Assembly: GCA_002189035.1 (NCBI GenBank)
Contig: CM007989.1
Location: 2,852,001 to 2,916,000 of the forward strand
DNA from: Utricularia gibba
Taxonomy: Eukaryota > Plantae > Magnoliophyta
Length of the DNA stretch: 64,000 bases
Direction of reading: 5' to 3'
How positions within the stretch are numbered: position 1 is the stretch's first letter; each line of letters starts with the position of its first letter. Of the stretch, positions 36,366 through 49,644 are shown piece by piece. Position numbers and translations under genes: made by a program. The notes beneath the pieces are model-generated. The model was not told where the DNA came from, made no database searches, and saw nothing but the letters and a program-made list of their open reading frames with translations.

Positions 36366-38324
36366 CTACAGTTTAAACTCACAGAAGCAATCGGGCAACG
36401 CAGATCCTACCCCCATCACAAAGTCATCCCTGTGGACCTTCCACAGGGCTTCCATCAAGGCGTCACCTTGGAGTCCTTGAGAAGTCAGGGCGGCGAAGGC
36501 CCTCCGGCTTAAGAAGAGTGTTTTCCATGAACCCGCCATAGCCCTCATGGCAGCAACCATTTTATCCATGTTCCCAAAGTATGTTGCTATGTAGGCATCA
36601 CTGTTGATGGCCACAAAGTAATCCAATGCAGCTTTTGTGTTCCCGTGCATGTTTTCAAAGTCCTCACCGCTTAAAAGGGAAGCTTTTGTAAAGACATTAG
36701 TGTATGTTGAGGTCAGTCCTCCAACCTCCATCAAACCATCTCCAGCTGCCAGATATATGTTTGTGTTGGGGGGTAGAGCAAGGGCTTGAAGGACGGTTGC
36801 AGTTTCCCTTGGTGTCAGGGGGCACTTTCCGCGGTTTCTCCACACACGGGCTTGTTCACCAGTCCACGGTTTCCTGTCTACTCTTGCCGCCTCGATTGCT
36901 TGCATGGAAGCAGGAGAGAGACTAGAGTACTCACATTGGCTATAAGCAACCATATCAGGTTCGAAACGAAGATGAAGTGCAAGGAAGGGCTTTGGTATGG
37001 CATTTAGAAGTTCAGTTCCCTTCTTCTCCAGTGCGCTGGTTAAGCGCAATGCATTATAGCAAGCCTGGCAACGTGCCGCTTTTCCATAAAGAGGATACCT
37101 GGGGTCGAAGTAGCAACAGAGTAAGAAAGGATAAATTGGCCGGCACAAGTTTTCATTCACGATGTCGGAAATGACAGAATAAAAATCAAGGCAGGCACCT
37201 ATCCCTTCTTTGGCTCATTGCAGGTGTGATTGAAACGTAGTGATGTTCCAAGAGCGACGGAAGCACGGTTTCTATATAATCAAGTGTGCCCTTACGCTTG
37301 CTGCAATCGACTCTGACAGGCTCTTTGGAGGCAAGCTCTGGAGGCAGCTCTTTCACCACATCAATGAACCCCTTCATTTGTTCAATGAAGTAATCCACAT
37401 CAAACACATCTCCAAATCCACTGCACGCATCAACCAAGAGGGCAGCGGATAAGTCCCTTCTTTATCATCAACCAAGTGCAATTCTTAGGAAAAGGACGGT
37501 TTCCCATCAATTGTCCAAGGGAATCCATGATATCTACCTAGATTCATTCCAATAAGCAGCAACTTCGAACTTGGGTAACACGAGAGTAGCATTAAGCAAG
37601 CGCGCAATGCCAACACCATCACAGAACTGAGACGGTTCCAATTACTCCATTAATTTCCAGAGTAAAGAAGAAACCAAGAAAGCAAATTCATACAAACACA
37701 AAGATAATACTTACATCCCTCCTCATCTGATTAAGCCCACCGTAGCAATCCACTCGAAGATACCCATTGCTCTTAACCGGCAGAGCTGCAGCATTTCACA
37801 GAAAAAACCAATGCAAACGTCTGCATGTTGAAAGTCAATGCCGACTTAGAAAAACTAAAGAGACACTAAATATGGAAAGATGCATTAGAGAAACCTAACA
37901 GCTAAACAAGTAAAAACGAATTCAAGTAAAAAAAAACCTGCCAACGACAGCATCAAATAACACCCGCTCATTTTCCTATTCCTAGCAACACCAAGCATAT
38001 CAAAGTGAACAAAAAAAAAAAAAAGAAAGAAAGAAACTAACCCACGGGATGCCCTTTCCGCCACCAGTCGCAAGGCCGCCATTCGAATAGTCTCCGCAGA
38101 CTCCAGATCTCCGCTCTTTGGGACCTATGGATTGCCTCACACGTTAAACCATCCACAGAATCAACAGAAACAATAAAGGATCTGGAAGCACTCGCTGAAT
38201 CCCGTACATACCGAGGAGAAGCGGGAAGCGTGGGATAAAATGGGAAAGGGGAAAGAGAAAGCAGAGTTACAAACACGGGAATGAAGATCAACGGCGCAAT
38301 AAAAAAAACTCTCGGAGACATCAT
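36366..38324 (-). CDS. O-fucosyltransferase family protein (GT106, At1g52630-like)
   Basis: N-terminal TM, NGYLRVDCYGGLNQMRRDFCDGVG, FGDVFDVDYF, HLRFEPDMVAYS, GKCPLTP. Six in-frame exons. Confidence 0.93.
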
Positions 38325-38394
38325 CCAAAAACCCACCGCACTCCCCTGAACTCGGAACGGAAGCCGGAGGAGATCGACAAGAATATCAGAAATA

Positions 38395-38427
<33 letters not shown>

Positions 38428-41143
38428 CCTATACCCCGCACAAAAGCTCTTCTACCAACTAAAACAACAAGACTCCAAGGTCTGTGATTGTGATTAATTT
38501 GGGCTGGGCGTTTCCTCATGGGCCGACTCTCTAGCACACATGTGCGGGCCCGAACTTGATACATAATTGAGTTAAAATGCCACTATGTACGGACGTGCCA
38601 TTTGAAGCAGCATTAGGGACATCCAATCCATGTCCCAAATCAGGAGGGGCTGAAATGGACATTTTCCGATTAGAAGGGATCCGGGAATGAATTCATCACA
38701 TTGGTTTTTAGTACAAATTGTGACAAAGATGCTTGAACTTGAAACCGCAATAATCATTCTCAACTGTTCAGAAAGGGCAGCTGGAGGGATGGAGGGTCCT
38801 CCCCATTCATTATATCTATGTCAAAACGTTATCCTGCCGCTGTCTGAATCACCACCCCTATTTCCCACACTAGCACCATAAAAAAAAATGAACACTAATT
38901 TATTTTTATTTTTTTATCGTATGTTCGTATATAAACCCACCAGCTTCCATTTGACGATAATAAAAATTGAAAAAAAAAAGAAACTTACTTAAGGTTATCA
39001 ATCAATCAATATAAAAGGATGCCAAAAAAATTGGAACCACATGATTTATCACTACCACATTTTTGTGAGATCTACGAAAGAGACACCCTCATCAACCCAT
39101 TTTATTGGCGCTTTATGTTACAAATAAGCAAAGGTGAAACACAAGCCCTAATATTGTCGGCGACCGTTCATCTACGTGACTATGTATCCAGCTTTGAAAC
39201 GATATGTTGTATATCATGGGTAAAATAATTAGGGGACATTAGTGTTTTTTTTTTTTAATTTCTCAAGGGAGGGAGGCGAAGGAGGCCGGGTTATTTTGAA
39301 ATCTGACCATCCTCTCTCTACTGTGTGAGAAATATGATCATTCTATATGATAAAAAATAGTATTAATGTGTGAGACGATCGTTACTTTTCAGAACTACCG
39401 GGCGAAGCCCCCTTCCCACACCACTATGTATCCGCCCCGGAAATAAATTTACACATGTTATGGAATGGGCATCTTGGTGACATGCCACGATCGCGCGAGT
39501 GCCTCGCGCGCTCCTGCACGGGTCACACTTATTTTGGTCGCGTCATCATTTTGATTTTTTTGATATATTCATCATTTACATTAAAAAAAAAAACACAATA
39601 ATAATGTTGATTGTGATATGCTAGAATAACTGTTTTTTATGTATTAAAATTTTGGCCGTCATCTCATTGCTGTTATAAAAGTCAGTTTTTGTAATGTAAA
39701 TTTATTAACTTAATGTATGATAGAAAATATACGAATGTCCACTTTTATAAATTATCCGTGTTTTTTTGTTTTAACAGTGTGTGAAATCACATGATGGATG
39801 ACTGAGCTAGGTGGATCTGAAGTGTAGGTTGGGCCCACAAGTAGATATGGACAGGCTGGCGTTCCAAGTCCACATGTATCCACGTCATATCCAGCAATTA
39901 TTCTTTTCATTTTGTCCCCTGCATTTGTATCCGCACATGACTGAACGACCCAATAATTTAAATCACAACCCTAAAACATTTCTATTTCTAAATGACCAAT
40001 TTTTATGTTAAATCATTTGTAATATTAACATAAAAAAATGAATATTGAAAATGACCAATTTTATTACATACATATCATAGTATTCTCAAATTTGTAAATC
40101 ATTTGTAGCGTGTACATATACGATATTATCACCCGAATAAGTCAATTATTCGTTAATAATTTGTTTTGCCCAATTGGACAACAATATCCCTTTCAACACC
40201 CCCAGCTCACTCATTTCTATGCGCACGATGCAAAATTGCCCTATTTTCCGCAATTACTGCGATTTTATCGATTTTAATCTTCCTATCACAAATGCAAAAT
40301 GGACTATTAATTGACCCATTAAGGTAGTGTTTTCTTTAATGGGATTCGATAGATTTAAAAATAGGATTATAAATTAAAATATGTTAATTTAATATATTTA
40401 AATAAATCGAAATTGTATAGATTTTTTTAATATTTTATATACGTAAGTTTATTTACTTAATACCACTTAATTCCGTTTCTCAAAAAAATTAATACTTCTA
40501 CATCAAATTTGTTTAAACTGAACCAAATTAAACCTTTTATCGCACAAAAACTATGAATTCCACACACTCGATTCCAAAAACCATATGATATAAAAAAAAT
40601 ATCCTGAAATTCATATATTAAACAAAACAAACCCAATGTGTCTTATTTTTTCTACCTGTCGCTGTCGGAGAGCTGTCGTATGCCGTTGAATGTTGAATAT
40701 AATATCCCAAATGATTGATAATGCAGCTCATTTATCTTACGTCCAGAGGAAACCCTACACAACAGTCTTGAGCTTAATCATGATATTTTTTGGTAAATAT
40801 TATAAAAAACTGAATTTATTGTAATAACGAGAGATGGATATTTTGCAATGTGAATAATTGTTTTTATCTATATGGAATTCGGCGAGGTGGGTGTGTGAAC
40901 AAATTGGCCCTTGTACGACTTATTTAAATGGTACCCCTTGTAAAATAATTGGGGAAAAATAAATAAATATTGTGGACTGGAGGGCATGATCAACATGTAA
41001 CAGCATTTCTCTCTATAAATTGTTGCACCTCGCCGGCTCATCTACGCCCAAGCAGGCAACACACAGCGAAGGTGGTCGGTCCTCCTGTCCTTCCCGGCGG
41101 CAGGGCTTTCGTTTTGAGTTTTCTCCGGCAGGGGGATCTAAGA

Positions 41144-42114
41144 ATGACGGGGAAAAAAGGGAACCCACTGAGCCTCTCTTCGCTGAACCACATCTCTCTC
41201 GTGTGCAAATCTGTTGAAGCGTCTAGGGACTTTTACCAGAATGTCCTGGGATTCCATCCTGTCCGGAGGCCGCAATCTCTGAAATTCGATGGTTCCTGGT
41301 AAATCCAGTCATCCGGAGGTTTTTTGTTTGGTTGTCTTTGGATCTGTGTGGATGCTGATTCGACGGTTCCCTGGTCTTTGTCTAGGCTTTTTGGGCATGG
41401 GATTGGGATTCATCTTCTCCAGTCTGAGGAGCCTCATAATATGACCAAGAAAAGCGTGATCAATCCCAAGGACAATCACATTTCCTTTCAGGTACACACA
41501 CATTCTTCTCCTCTTGCACAACAACTGACATCCATATTCATATCAGACCGAAATCACATCATAAAAACTTTAGGATCAGGCCATCACCCAAGAGATCTAA
41601 CAGAGAATGGTTAATAGCGTAATTATTTGTTGCAAAAAAAATGGTTGACAGATCTCCAACAGGCGCACATGGGAGAATTACACCTCTCTGATAGACGAAT
41701 GAGGAGTGATGTATCAGTTGTGAGTTGGGAAATAGTGGTACAATAATCATCAAGTGTTGCATACCAGCTACGGTTGGTTGCACCAGAAAGCAAAGACTAT
41801 GAATTTTCCACATAGATATGACGAACTGATGGCGCAATGCGGCTTCTTTGGTGATGCAGTGCGAGAGCATGGGGGCTGTGGAGAGCAAGCTGACGCAATT
41901 GGGGATCGAATGGGTGCGGCAAAGAGTCGAGGAAGGCGGGATCTTCGTAGACCAGCTCTTCTTCCATGACCCCGACGGATTCATGATCGAGATCTGCAAC
42001 TGCGACGACATTCCGGTGATCCCCTTGGCCGGAGTCGGGGAGATGAGTTCCTGCTCCTGCTCCACCATGCTCGCTCTCCATCCCCATCTCCCAGTTTGTT
42101 CTTTAAAAAGCTGA
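41144..42114 (+). CDS. Glyoxalase I-like / VOC-family protein
   Basis: LNHISLVCKSV..FYQNVLGF..RRP, LFGHGIGIHLLQ, INPKDNHISFQC, QLFFHDPDGFMIEICNC. Three exons. Confidence 0.93.
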
Positions 42115-42761
42115 ACATCATTACACCATGAATGAATCAATCTCTTCTTTGTCCGCCCTGATTCCAGAATACGCTCCATTATATCCGTATATACCGTACA
42201 ACTTCCGGTAAGTTACTATATTTATCGTAATGTAGTAACTTACTTTCTTCTTTTGTTGCTTCCGAGCGTCGGTGGAGTCATCTCCGGAGTGCGGGTGGGG
42301 TCCACTGTGGAATTATTGGCCGCCGTCGATGTGTATTGGTTCACAATATATGGACGGAAGCAACTGAGGTGGGGCCCACCTGGTCTCGATCGGACGGATA
42401 ATAAAATTTTGATATAAATTTATAATGAATTTTTTAATTTAGAATATTGCTAATAATAATTGAGAATTCAGTAAGAAAAAGCAATTATTATCGTTTCTTA
42501 TCCGCGATGGACACGTGGCGTCTCGGTGGGCCGTGGCGGGTCACCGGAGCTCCATGATTAGGCGTCTTGTCGGAACACGTCACCCGACAATCGGGATTCT
42601 GAAACAGAGATTTTCTTAGGTGGGTAAACGGGTATCTTTTAAGACGAAGAACCAGGATGTATTCCATTGCAATGATGCTAAACGTGTACAAATTCTTCCG
42701 GTATAGCTAGAAAACCAAACCGGTGATTTTTTCCAACGAAAAATCTCCTTCCGTCAACTTT

Positions 42762-43055
42762 TCACACCACGCGCTTCCTATCCGCAGGACGGCGCCCCCG
42801 CCGCCTGGATTTACCAAAACCGCAGCAGAGCCCATAAAGGGAAACCTTTGGGGAAGGCGGCTCCTGCGGCTCCGGTTCCACCGCCGCCTTGGTCTTCACC
42901 TTCGTGGGCCTGGATGGGTCACCGGGGCTTCGTTTCTTCGGTTCCGGGTCGGCAGGAATCTGAACCTGTTCTCCGGATAAGAACCTGTCTTCCCAGACCA
43001 ATCCCGATGACCCCTGTCGTCTGAAAGACACTGCCGATCTCTGCAAACCCTCCAT
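42762..43055 (-). CDS. MASS: MAPK substrate in the stomatal lineage (MASS; At1g80180/At1g15400-like)
   Basis: MEGLQRSAVSFRRQGSSGLVWEDR, EPPSPKVS..GLCCGFGK and a basic tail. Confidence 0.88.
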   Translation of the reverse strand: MEGLQRSAVSFRRQGSSGLVWEDRFLSGEQVQIPADPEPKKRSPGDPSRPTKVKTKAAVEPEPQEPPSPKVSLYGLCCGFGKSRRRGRRPADRKRVV

Positions 43056-43257
43056 CGTAAAAGACGAAAAAAAACACCCTTTCTTGCGATAGGATTGGGA
43101 TCCAAATCAAATACTCTTTTCTACCTGTTTGCTTTTGTTTCCTAAACTTGACTTGGTCTTAAAGTGTAGTTATCATCATGAGATGATTCACATACATACG
43201 GACATACATACATGGTCATCCCCTTAAAATGAATTTTAGTGTTTATTTGTCGTTAGG

Positions 43258-43580
43258 CACGTGCGTCGGCAAGGATTGGGCCTTTTCAGCTCTTTACAAG
43301 CCCATGGTCCAAATCCTTTGGGCCTACTACGATGGCTCATGGACCGGCCAGATTATTACGGAATAAACTTTATGATTTTTTTTCCAGAAAATATAAAGAC
43401 GGGCTACGCGTGTTGAGTGCAAACGAAGCAAAAAAAAAAAAAAACAGGCTTATCCGAACGCCGTTGCAAAAATAGCAGAAGTCAATAAACAGCTGCTGAA
43501 TAAGCACGACGAATCCTCACACGCGTCGCGGAGGCATACGCGTGTCACCTTCTGGGGGTGTGTCTGAAACTGTATATATT
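43258..43580 (+). promoter_or_regulatory. ABRE/CE3-type elements and TATA of the LEA promoter
   Basis: CACGTG 43258-43263; ACGCGTG 43406-43412; CACACGCGT 43518-43526; ACGCGTGTC 43538-43546; TATATAT ~43573. Confidence 0.6.
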
Positions 43581-43660
43581 GATGGGCATGCAACCCGCCT
43601 TCCTCCTCATCACACTGCAGAAAAGGAAGAACTTCTAGCTACAGAAAGAAAGAAAGGAAG

Positions 43661-44146
43661 ATGGAACAGCAGCAACCTGCCTACAAAGCTGGTGAAGCCA
43701 AAGGCCAGACTCAGGTGGCTGGCAAATCACCCACAATGTGCTTACGTTTTGCATTACTGAGTTTTTAAAAAGAATTCGTGTTTTCATATGGTTTTTATTT
43801 GTAGGAGAAAGCGGGACATGCCATGGAAGGGATGAAGGAGACTGCACACCACGCCGAGGAGAAGGCTTCCCAGGCAGCCGAAGCAGCCCGTTGCAAGGGC
43901 CAGGAAGGGAAGGAGCATGCCGGCGGGGCGGTAGAAGCTGCCAAGGAGAAAGCTACCGGAGCGGCGGAAGCCACTAAGGAGAAGGCAGCGCAGATTGCAG
44001 AGTCCGGTAAGGAGACGGCTGAGGCTGGCAAAGAGAAAGCTGGAGGGATGCTCCAGAAAACTGGGGAACAGTTGAAGGGGGCAGCTCAGGGAGCCACTGA
44101 TGCTGTGAAGAGCGCTTTTGGGATGGGTGGAGAAGACAAACAGTGA
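43661..44146 (+). CDS. Late embryogenesis abundant protein, group 3 (LEA_4)
   Basis: MEQQQPAYKAGEAKGQTQ / EKAG..11-mer repeats (AAKEKATGAAE, ATKEKAAQIAE)..GAAQGATDAVKSAFGM. Confidence 0.92.
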
Positions 44147-44600
44147 ATGAAACTGAAAAACCAACACTGCCATCTATCACACTCCTATTTCTTGTGCTTG
44201 CCTGTTTCTATGTTCCCATGGCTTTGGTGATGTGGTGTGCTCTTTACCTGGGAATATTAGTTGAATAATCTCGTGCATCTGCATCTGTTTGGCGTTGTCA
44301 TAGAACTCGAGCAATAATGCCACAAGGTTTAAAAGTTCTAAAGAAACACAAAAAGATACACTTCTCCCACGTTACCATGGCTTTGTTGTTCCTGTGTTTT
44401 TTTTCCTGGTTTTGTTATCGCTGTGTTCTTTGTCCTGAGGATTTCAATTGAAAAATTTCGTGCAACTGCAACTGTTTTACATACTAGAGAACCTGAGCTC
44501 TTCTCACCAAAATTTCAAGGAACAACTGAAGTAACAACACTATCTCATGGTGTACACCTGAGTAAAGCAATGAAGCCAGTGAAGCCGGGGCTTCATTACA

Positions 44601-47600
44601 TTACCTGTTGCTGAAGGAGCACAGGTATCGCAGCATATACGCATTTGAGGAACATGTATCTGCTAAGTCTTGATGCACCCTGGTGATTGCTTTCTGCAAG
44701 GAGTTGAGAGAAGGACGGAGGTTTCTTGAGTGTTGATGGATAGCTTGACCGTGTATTCTAACGAGTTCCTGAAAGGAAACACAACAATTTTTTTAAGCCT
44801 AACTGCACTTGTTATAACACCAAGTAAAAGGAGTTGATATAGCTCATTGCAACCTCGGACCACCGGAGAATGTACTCCAAATAGGGGGAAGTCTCAAGTA
44901 GATCTGCCAGTGCCTCCACTAGTCTCTGCAAATATCTCAGAGGCACAGATGAAATAACGACCGGTATGTCTGCAGGAGGCACTGCGACTAAACACTTCTT
45001 TATATACGAATCCTCGTTCATGCGAAGACTGAGGATTAACGCTATTCTTGGTTCACCGTTTTGCAAAGCTTCATCCGCCGCCTAACTCCGGGTAAAACAT
45101 GATGAATCAGGTAACCATGAAAACACGACGATTCAAGTGTAATGTAATACTTTATACCTCTGGTGTGACATCGATGTCGAGATCGGTGGGATCAAATATG
45201 AATGTGTCATCCATGGAGTATATCAATACTCCTTCTGTGGTTGCCGCTGCCCAACTACGGCCAGTTGGTGCAATTCTCAAGCACTTGGTTCGGATGACAG
45301 GCCTTCCATTGTTAGGCATGGATCCGGGCAGGTTATATCCTGCTGTTCTTCGTAGTTGCTTGTCAACACCTTCTTCCGTGTCACTGTTGTGGTCATCTAT
45401 CAAATCCATTGGACCTGCTTCGGTCATGTTCTTGGAGTTCAAGAAATCAAGAACCCATCCAGGGATAAGTTGTGGGTAATCTGGAATTTACGTAGCAAAA
45501 CCTGGAGATCAAAGGAAAAAAACCATGAAGATTTTTGAACAATGGCACTCACGCTAGGAGCTCTAATAGACTGCTGACCTGATCCGCGATATCGTACATA
45601 CAAATATATCTACTGCTGCCTCCAGCCAATATATAGCTCCCATCTGCTGAATAACACAGGGTCGTGAAACACTTCCCGGCTGAAGAGTTTGCTGCTGATC
45701 TGCGATCAGTCATTAGACGGCCACCAGCAATATCCCTTCGACCCTCGATGGTGTAAATTTCCATGGCTTTTAGTGTATCCCAGAAATGAATTTGCCCGTC
45801 CAGCGTGCTGCATGCCAGCTGTTTGCCATCTGGACGGTAAACAAGCGTAAGGACATCATGGGTGTGATCAAAGGTTTCAGTTCCACCCCTTCCTTCAAAG
45901 ACATCCCATAACCTAACAGTCTTGTCCCAAGAAGAGGAAGCCAAGGTCGACTGCAGTGTAGTCAGGGTGCTGTTATTAGTAAAGGCTATGACACGTGGAA
46001 TATATCTAACAAAATGAACTATATACAAACACGACTGCATCAAGCTTCAGGTCAACATGTAATAATTATATAGGAGGGAAGACATAAAGGTGCTGCTGGG
46101 ATGGAGAATCTCACATTAGTTGGAGAAAACATCAAACCATGCACTGGACCGGTATGGCCACTTAGGATATCCAACATCCTCCCTGTCTTCATTGACCACA
46201 CAAATATCTAAAAGCAACAAGGCAGTTTCCTGGTTAGCAAAAATACTAGCAGCAACTCAAAAAACTACATATAGGTCAACAAGATAGCATCAGAAGCATC
46301 AAGACCTCAAATGAATCAAGGGTCCCTGCACAAATAACTTCTCCACTCTGATCTGCAGCCAAAGAAACAAACTGCTTTGGCGTTGGAGTAACAAAAGTTC
46401 TGAAGTTCCGATAGCGGAACAAATCCCAGGCTCGAACTGTCCCATCAAGAGATGCACTGAGGAGACAATTATTGCTAGCCATAAAATGCAAAGCAGTTAT
46501 CGCATTTGTGTGCTCGGAGAACGTCACAAAACAAAAGCCTGAAGAGACCGTCCAAACCTGAGAATCAATACCACAAAAATTCATCATTAGGAAGACATGA
46601 AATAGGAAATCAGTAACCTTTTGAAAGCATTAAGAACCATTCTATAACTACAAAGTGACCACTTAGAGAGTTCTGATTACCTTGATTTTGTTATCGTCAG
46701 CTCCAGTAGCCAAAAGCTGCGAATCTGGTGAATAAGCAAGGCAGTTCACATCAAAATAATGACCCTGTTGCTTCAGTATATAACTCTCTGATTTCCATTC
46801 CCAGACAAGCAACTGCCCAAGCTTGGCACACCCAAATGTTAACCAATTGCCCATGCCATTGAAAACTGCAGTAGTAATTTTCTTTCGTGAAATTGATAGC
46901 AAGTGAATGCAAACAAAATCGGGCATCTGATAGAGTCCGAAAACACCACTTGAGAAACCAACCACTACCATATCAAGCCCCTTATTGTAATCACAGGATG
47001 CTAATTTCCCTTGCAAGAAAAAGTGCTTCTTCTGTAATCTCCATCTCTTTTTATGCAACAAATTATCACTCTCTTGATCCAATTCATCATCCTTAGCATC
47101 AAATGTCTTCCTTTTCCTTGTGAAAGTCCCATCATCAACTTCCTCTATTACTTCCTGTCTCTGTTCGGGTGTTTTTGGGGAATCTGGATCCGAATGTTGT
47201 CCTACCGTCTCATCATCTTTGTCATCATTATCCTGGCACTTCCAATGAAAGATGGCACCGTCGCGGGACAATGTATAAACCTTATCAACAGAATTTTCCT
47301 TCTTATCCACACCAAAAAATGCTCCCACAATAACATCTCTATGACCCAGAAACATAAAAGGTTTAACGTATCTGCTCTTACACTCAACACCCAAATAAAA
47401 AAGTCTCGCAGTTAAATCTTTAGAACCAACAACCAAATAATCAGCCTCAGGGCTCCAATCAAGAGAAGTTACGCGATCATTACAATCAGAAAAGGTCCTA
47501 ATCAACTCAAAAGGGAAAAACTCCTTTCTAAATCCCGGGGACCGCCAGATCTGAAGTAGCTTACCAGCACCAACTGCAATAAATCTACCATCCGGACTGA

Positions 47601-47901
47601 ACTTAACGCAAGAAACATGATGCTTAAAGGTAATGCGATGCAAAACAACGCGGCGATGCAGATTTATGAATAAGCAGCGGTTGTTATCATCAACTGTGAG
47701 AATAAAAACGCCGTCAGGGGACGCAGCGATGTGCCGCAGATTGGACGAAGCTTCACAAGGTAGAGTCGAAGTTTCGGACTTTACAAGATCGGTGACGGAC
47801 ACCCTGTTCCCCACCGACGAGACAAGCAAAGTGTTGTTCACTACGACTACATTACCGCCGCGGTACGGCGCGCCAAGAAGGTTTTGGAACCTGAAATTCA
47901 T
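44601..47901 (-). CDS. PWP2: Periodic tryptophan protein 2 (UTP1, 90S pre-ribosome WD40 protein); apparent 1-nt frameshift at ~45454
   Basis: MNFRFQNLLGAPYRGGN, KQQGHYFDVNCLAYSPDSQLLATGADD, FSEHTNAIT, NSKNMTEAGP, FDPTDLDIDVTP, Utp12 domain. Seven exons. Confidence 0.95.
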
Positions 47902-47990
47902 GGCGAGGAACCCCTAACCGGAATCGAAATCAAGATTGGCGGAAGAGGCTGCTGCCTCAGGGTTTATGTTTTGCCTGCCTGTCCCATTCT

Positions 47991-47998
47991 AAACCCTA
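47991..47998. promoter_or_regulatory. Telo-box upstream of PWP2
   Basis: AAACCCTA 90 bp upstream of the ATG; typical of plant ribosome-biogenesis gene promoters. Confidence 0.55.
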
Positions 47999-48104
47999 AT
48001 TAAGAGTACCAAAATCTAGATTCTCATATAAAACAATAAAAAAAAGGAACATGATTCTATTACAAAAAGAAAAACAGTAATAAAATAAAACGCCGCTGCC
48101 AGAC

Positions 48105-49644
48105 CTAAACTCCGAGCCTAGCCCTCAACCATTGCCCAACCTCGTTCATCTCTGACGGTACGGTATAGTGACCGAGCCTGCAAACGACGTCGTATTTGAG
48201 AGAGAGAAAAAAATGTACAAATCATTCCCAATTTGGACAAAAAAAAAAAAAAAGGCTTGCCCTTGAAATGTCTTGAAGCTCAGGTTTCTGAAACCTGATG
48301 AGGAGAGGACTTGGAATGACTTCTCTCCACGCGTGTAGGGAACTATTTCATCGCCTGTTGAGATGACGAAGAATGAGTAAATTTCTGTTGGGAATTGGAG
48401 CAAGAGTTGAGAACCCTGATGCGCTACATACATAATCCATGGAGGAGCAAGATGGGTAGATGCGCAGCGCGCTGGGCGTACTCCTCCGATCCCTCCATCT
48501 TGATCTTCATCCCCCTGCAGTGTTGGACTCCGGTCACTGTATCCATCTTTTACGCATACCAAGTAGGAACACAGTTTTCGGTATACCTTGCTGTCGGAAG
48601 CCAACCGCTTATACCAATGATGGCTCTGAGGTTGTCGACTTGGTAAGGACTGCCGTTGGCATATCTACCGCGGGCGAAGCAGGTCGCGGAGTAGAGCGCG
48701 GTGGCAGCGCCCATGCTGAATCCTCCGATTCCGAGCTTCACTGCACGTGAATACATGGATTTGGATGGTTTGAGAGTGATGGGATTCAGCCAAACTTGAT
48801 TATCTGTGATCAAGGGTAGCCTTGAAACGGAGAGCTTGCATACCGTCGCGTGGCTCGCTAGCAAGCAGATTTGCAATGTATGCAGCCGAGGAATCTAAAC
48901 CGTCGAAGTCGTCCTGAAGGTCGCCGCTGGAGAGCTCTCCGCCGTCAAACCCTGTGATGGATAATGAGTGAGGAGGCGTTTAGGGTTATGAACATTCGTG
49001 AGTGCTGCTTACAAGCAGTGCAGGAGAATCCCCCGAGTAGTGAAACTTGGCGAGTTGGAGCGGTAGGGCATATCCACTTTATCTGCATGGAGAAGTTCAG
49101 CAGTTAGAAGACAGAAGAAAGCAGATGAAGGTCTGCTGCACGCAAGAGATGTAGATTTCAGCGATAAGGTATTGTTTGCTTACATTTGGGAGGGACAGAC
49201 TTTCCAGAAGCTGCGACCAGCTGAAGAACAACACAGCAATCTTTTATCAAGGAGTATAGCTAAAGCATCACATGATATTTGGACAGTACATGGGATATTA
49301 TGTACTTGGATTATTCATATCCAAAAGTGTGCTCAAAAGCAACAAAAAAAAAAAAAGGATGATCTTTTCTAACATGTCTGATCCGGAAACGAGTTTTTGC
49401 TAAGTAGACCGAAATGTACCTAGAGCCATTGTCACCAATGCCATGAAGCCAAACAATGGTGGCAAGGTGCTTTCCCCTCGGCTTAACAACGTATATCCTC
49501 CCAAACTCCAATGCTCCTCGGCTCATTCTGCTCCCTGAGATAAGACCAAAACAAAGCTAGCACATTACATGTAAAGTCCCCAAGTATAGCTACAAAAATG
49601 TAGGGACTTTTCGGGTGCGCACCGGAGCCACAAGAATAGCTCAT
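48105..49644 (-). CDS. Acyl-protein thioesterase / lysophospholipase (alpha/beta hydrolase)
   Basis: TIVWLHGIGDNG, IKWICPTAP, GGFSMGAA (Ser), HGL(C)DEIV (Asp), GLGHYT (His). Nine exons; the last intron is GC-AG. Confidence 0.93.

Noticed and set aside
39400-39510. Perfect 8-bp GC hairpin (39492-39510) and a GGCGAAGCCCC..TCCGCCCC MITE-like end
   Set aside because: No CTRR Helitron terminus on either strand and no matching left TIR or TSD; too weak to call.
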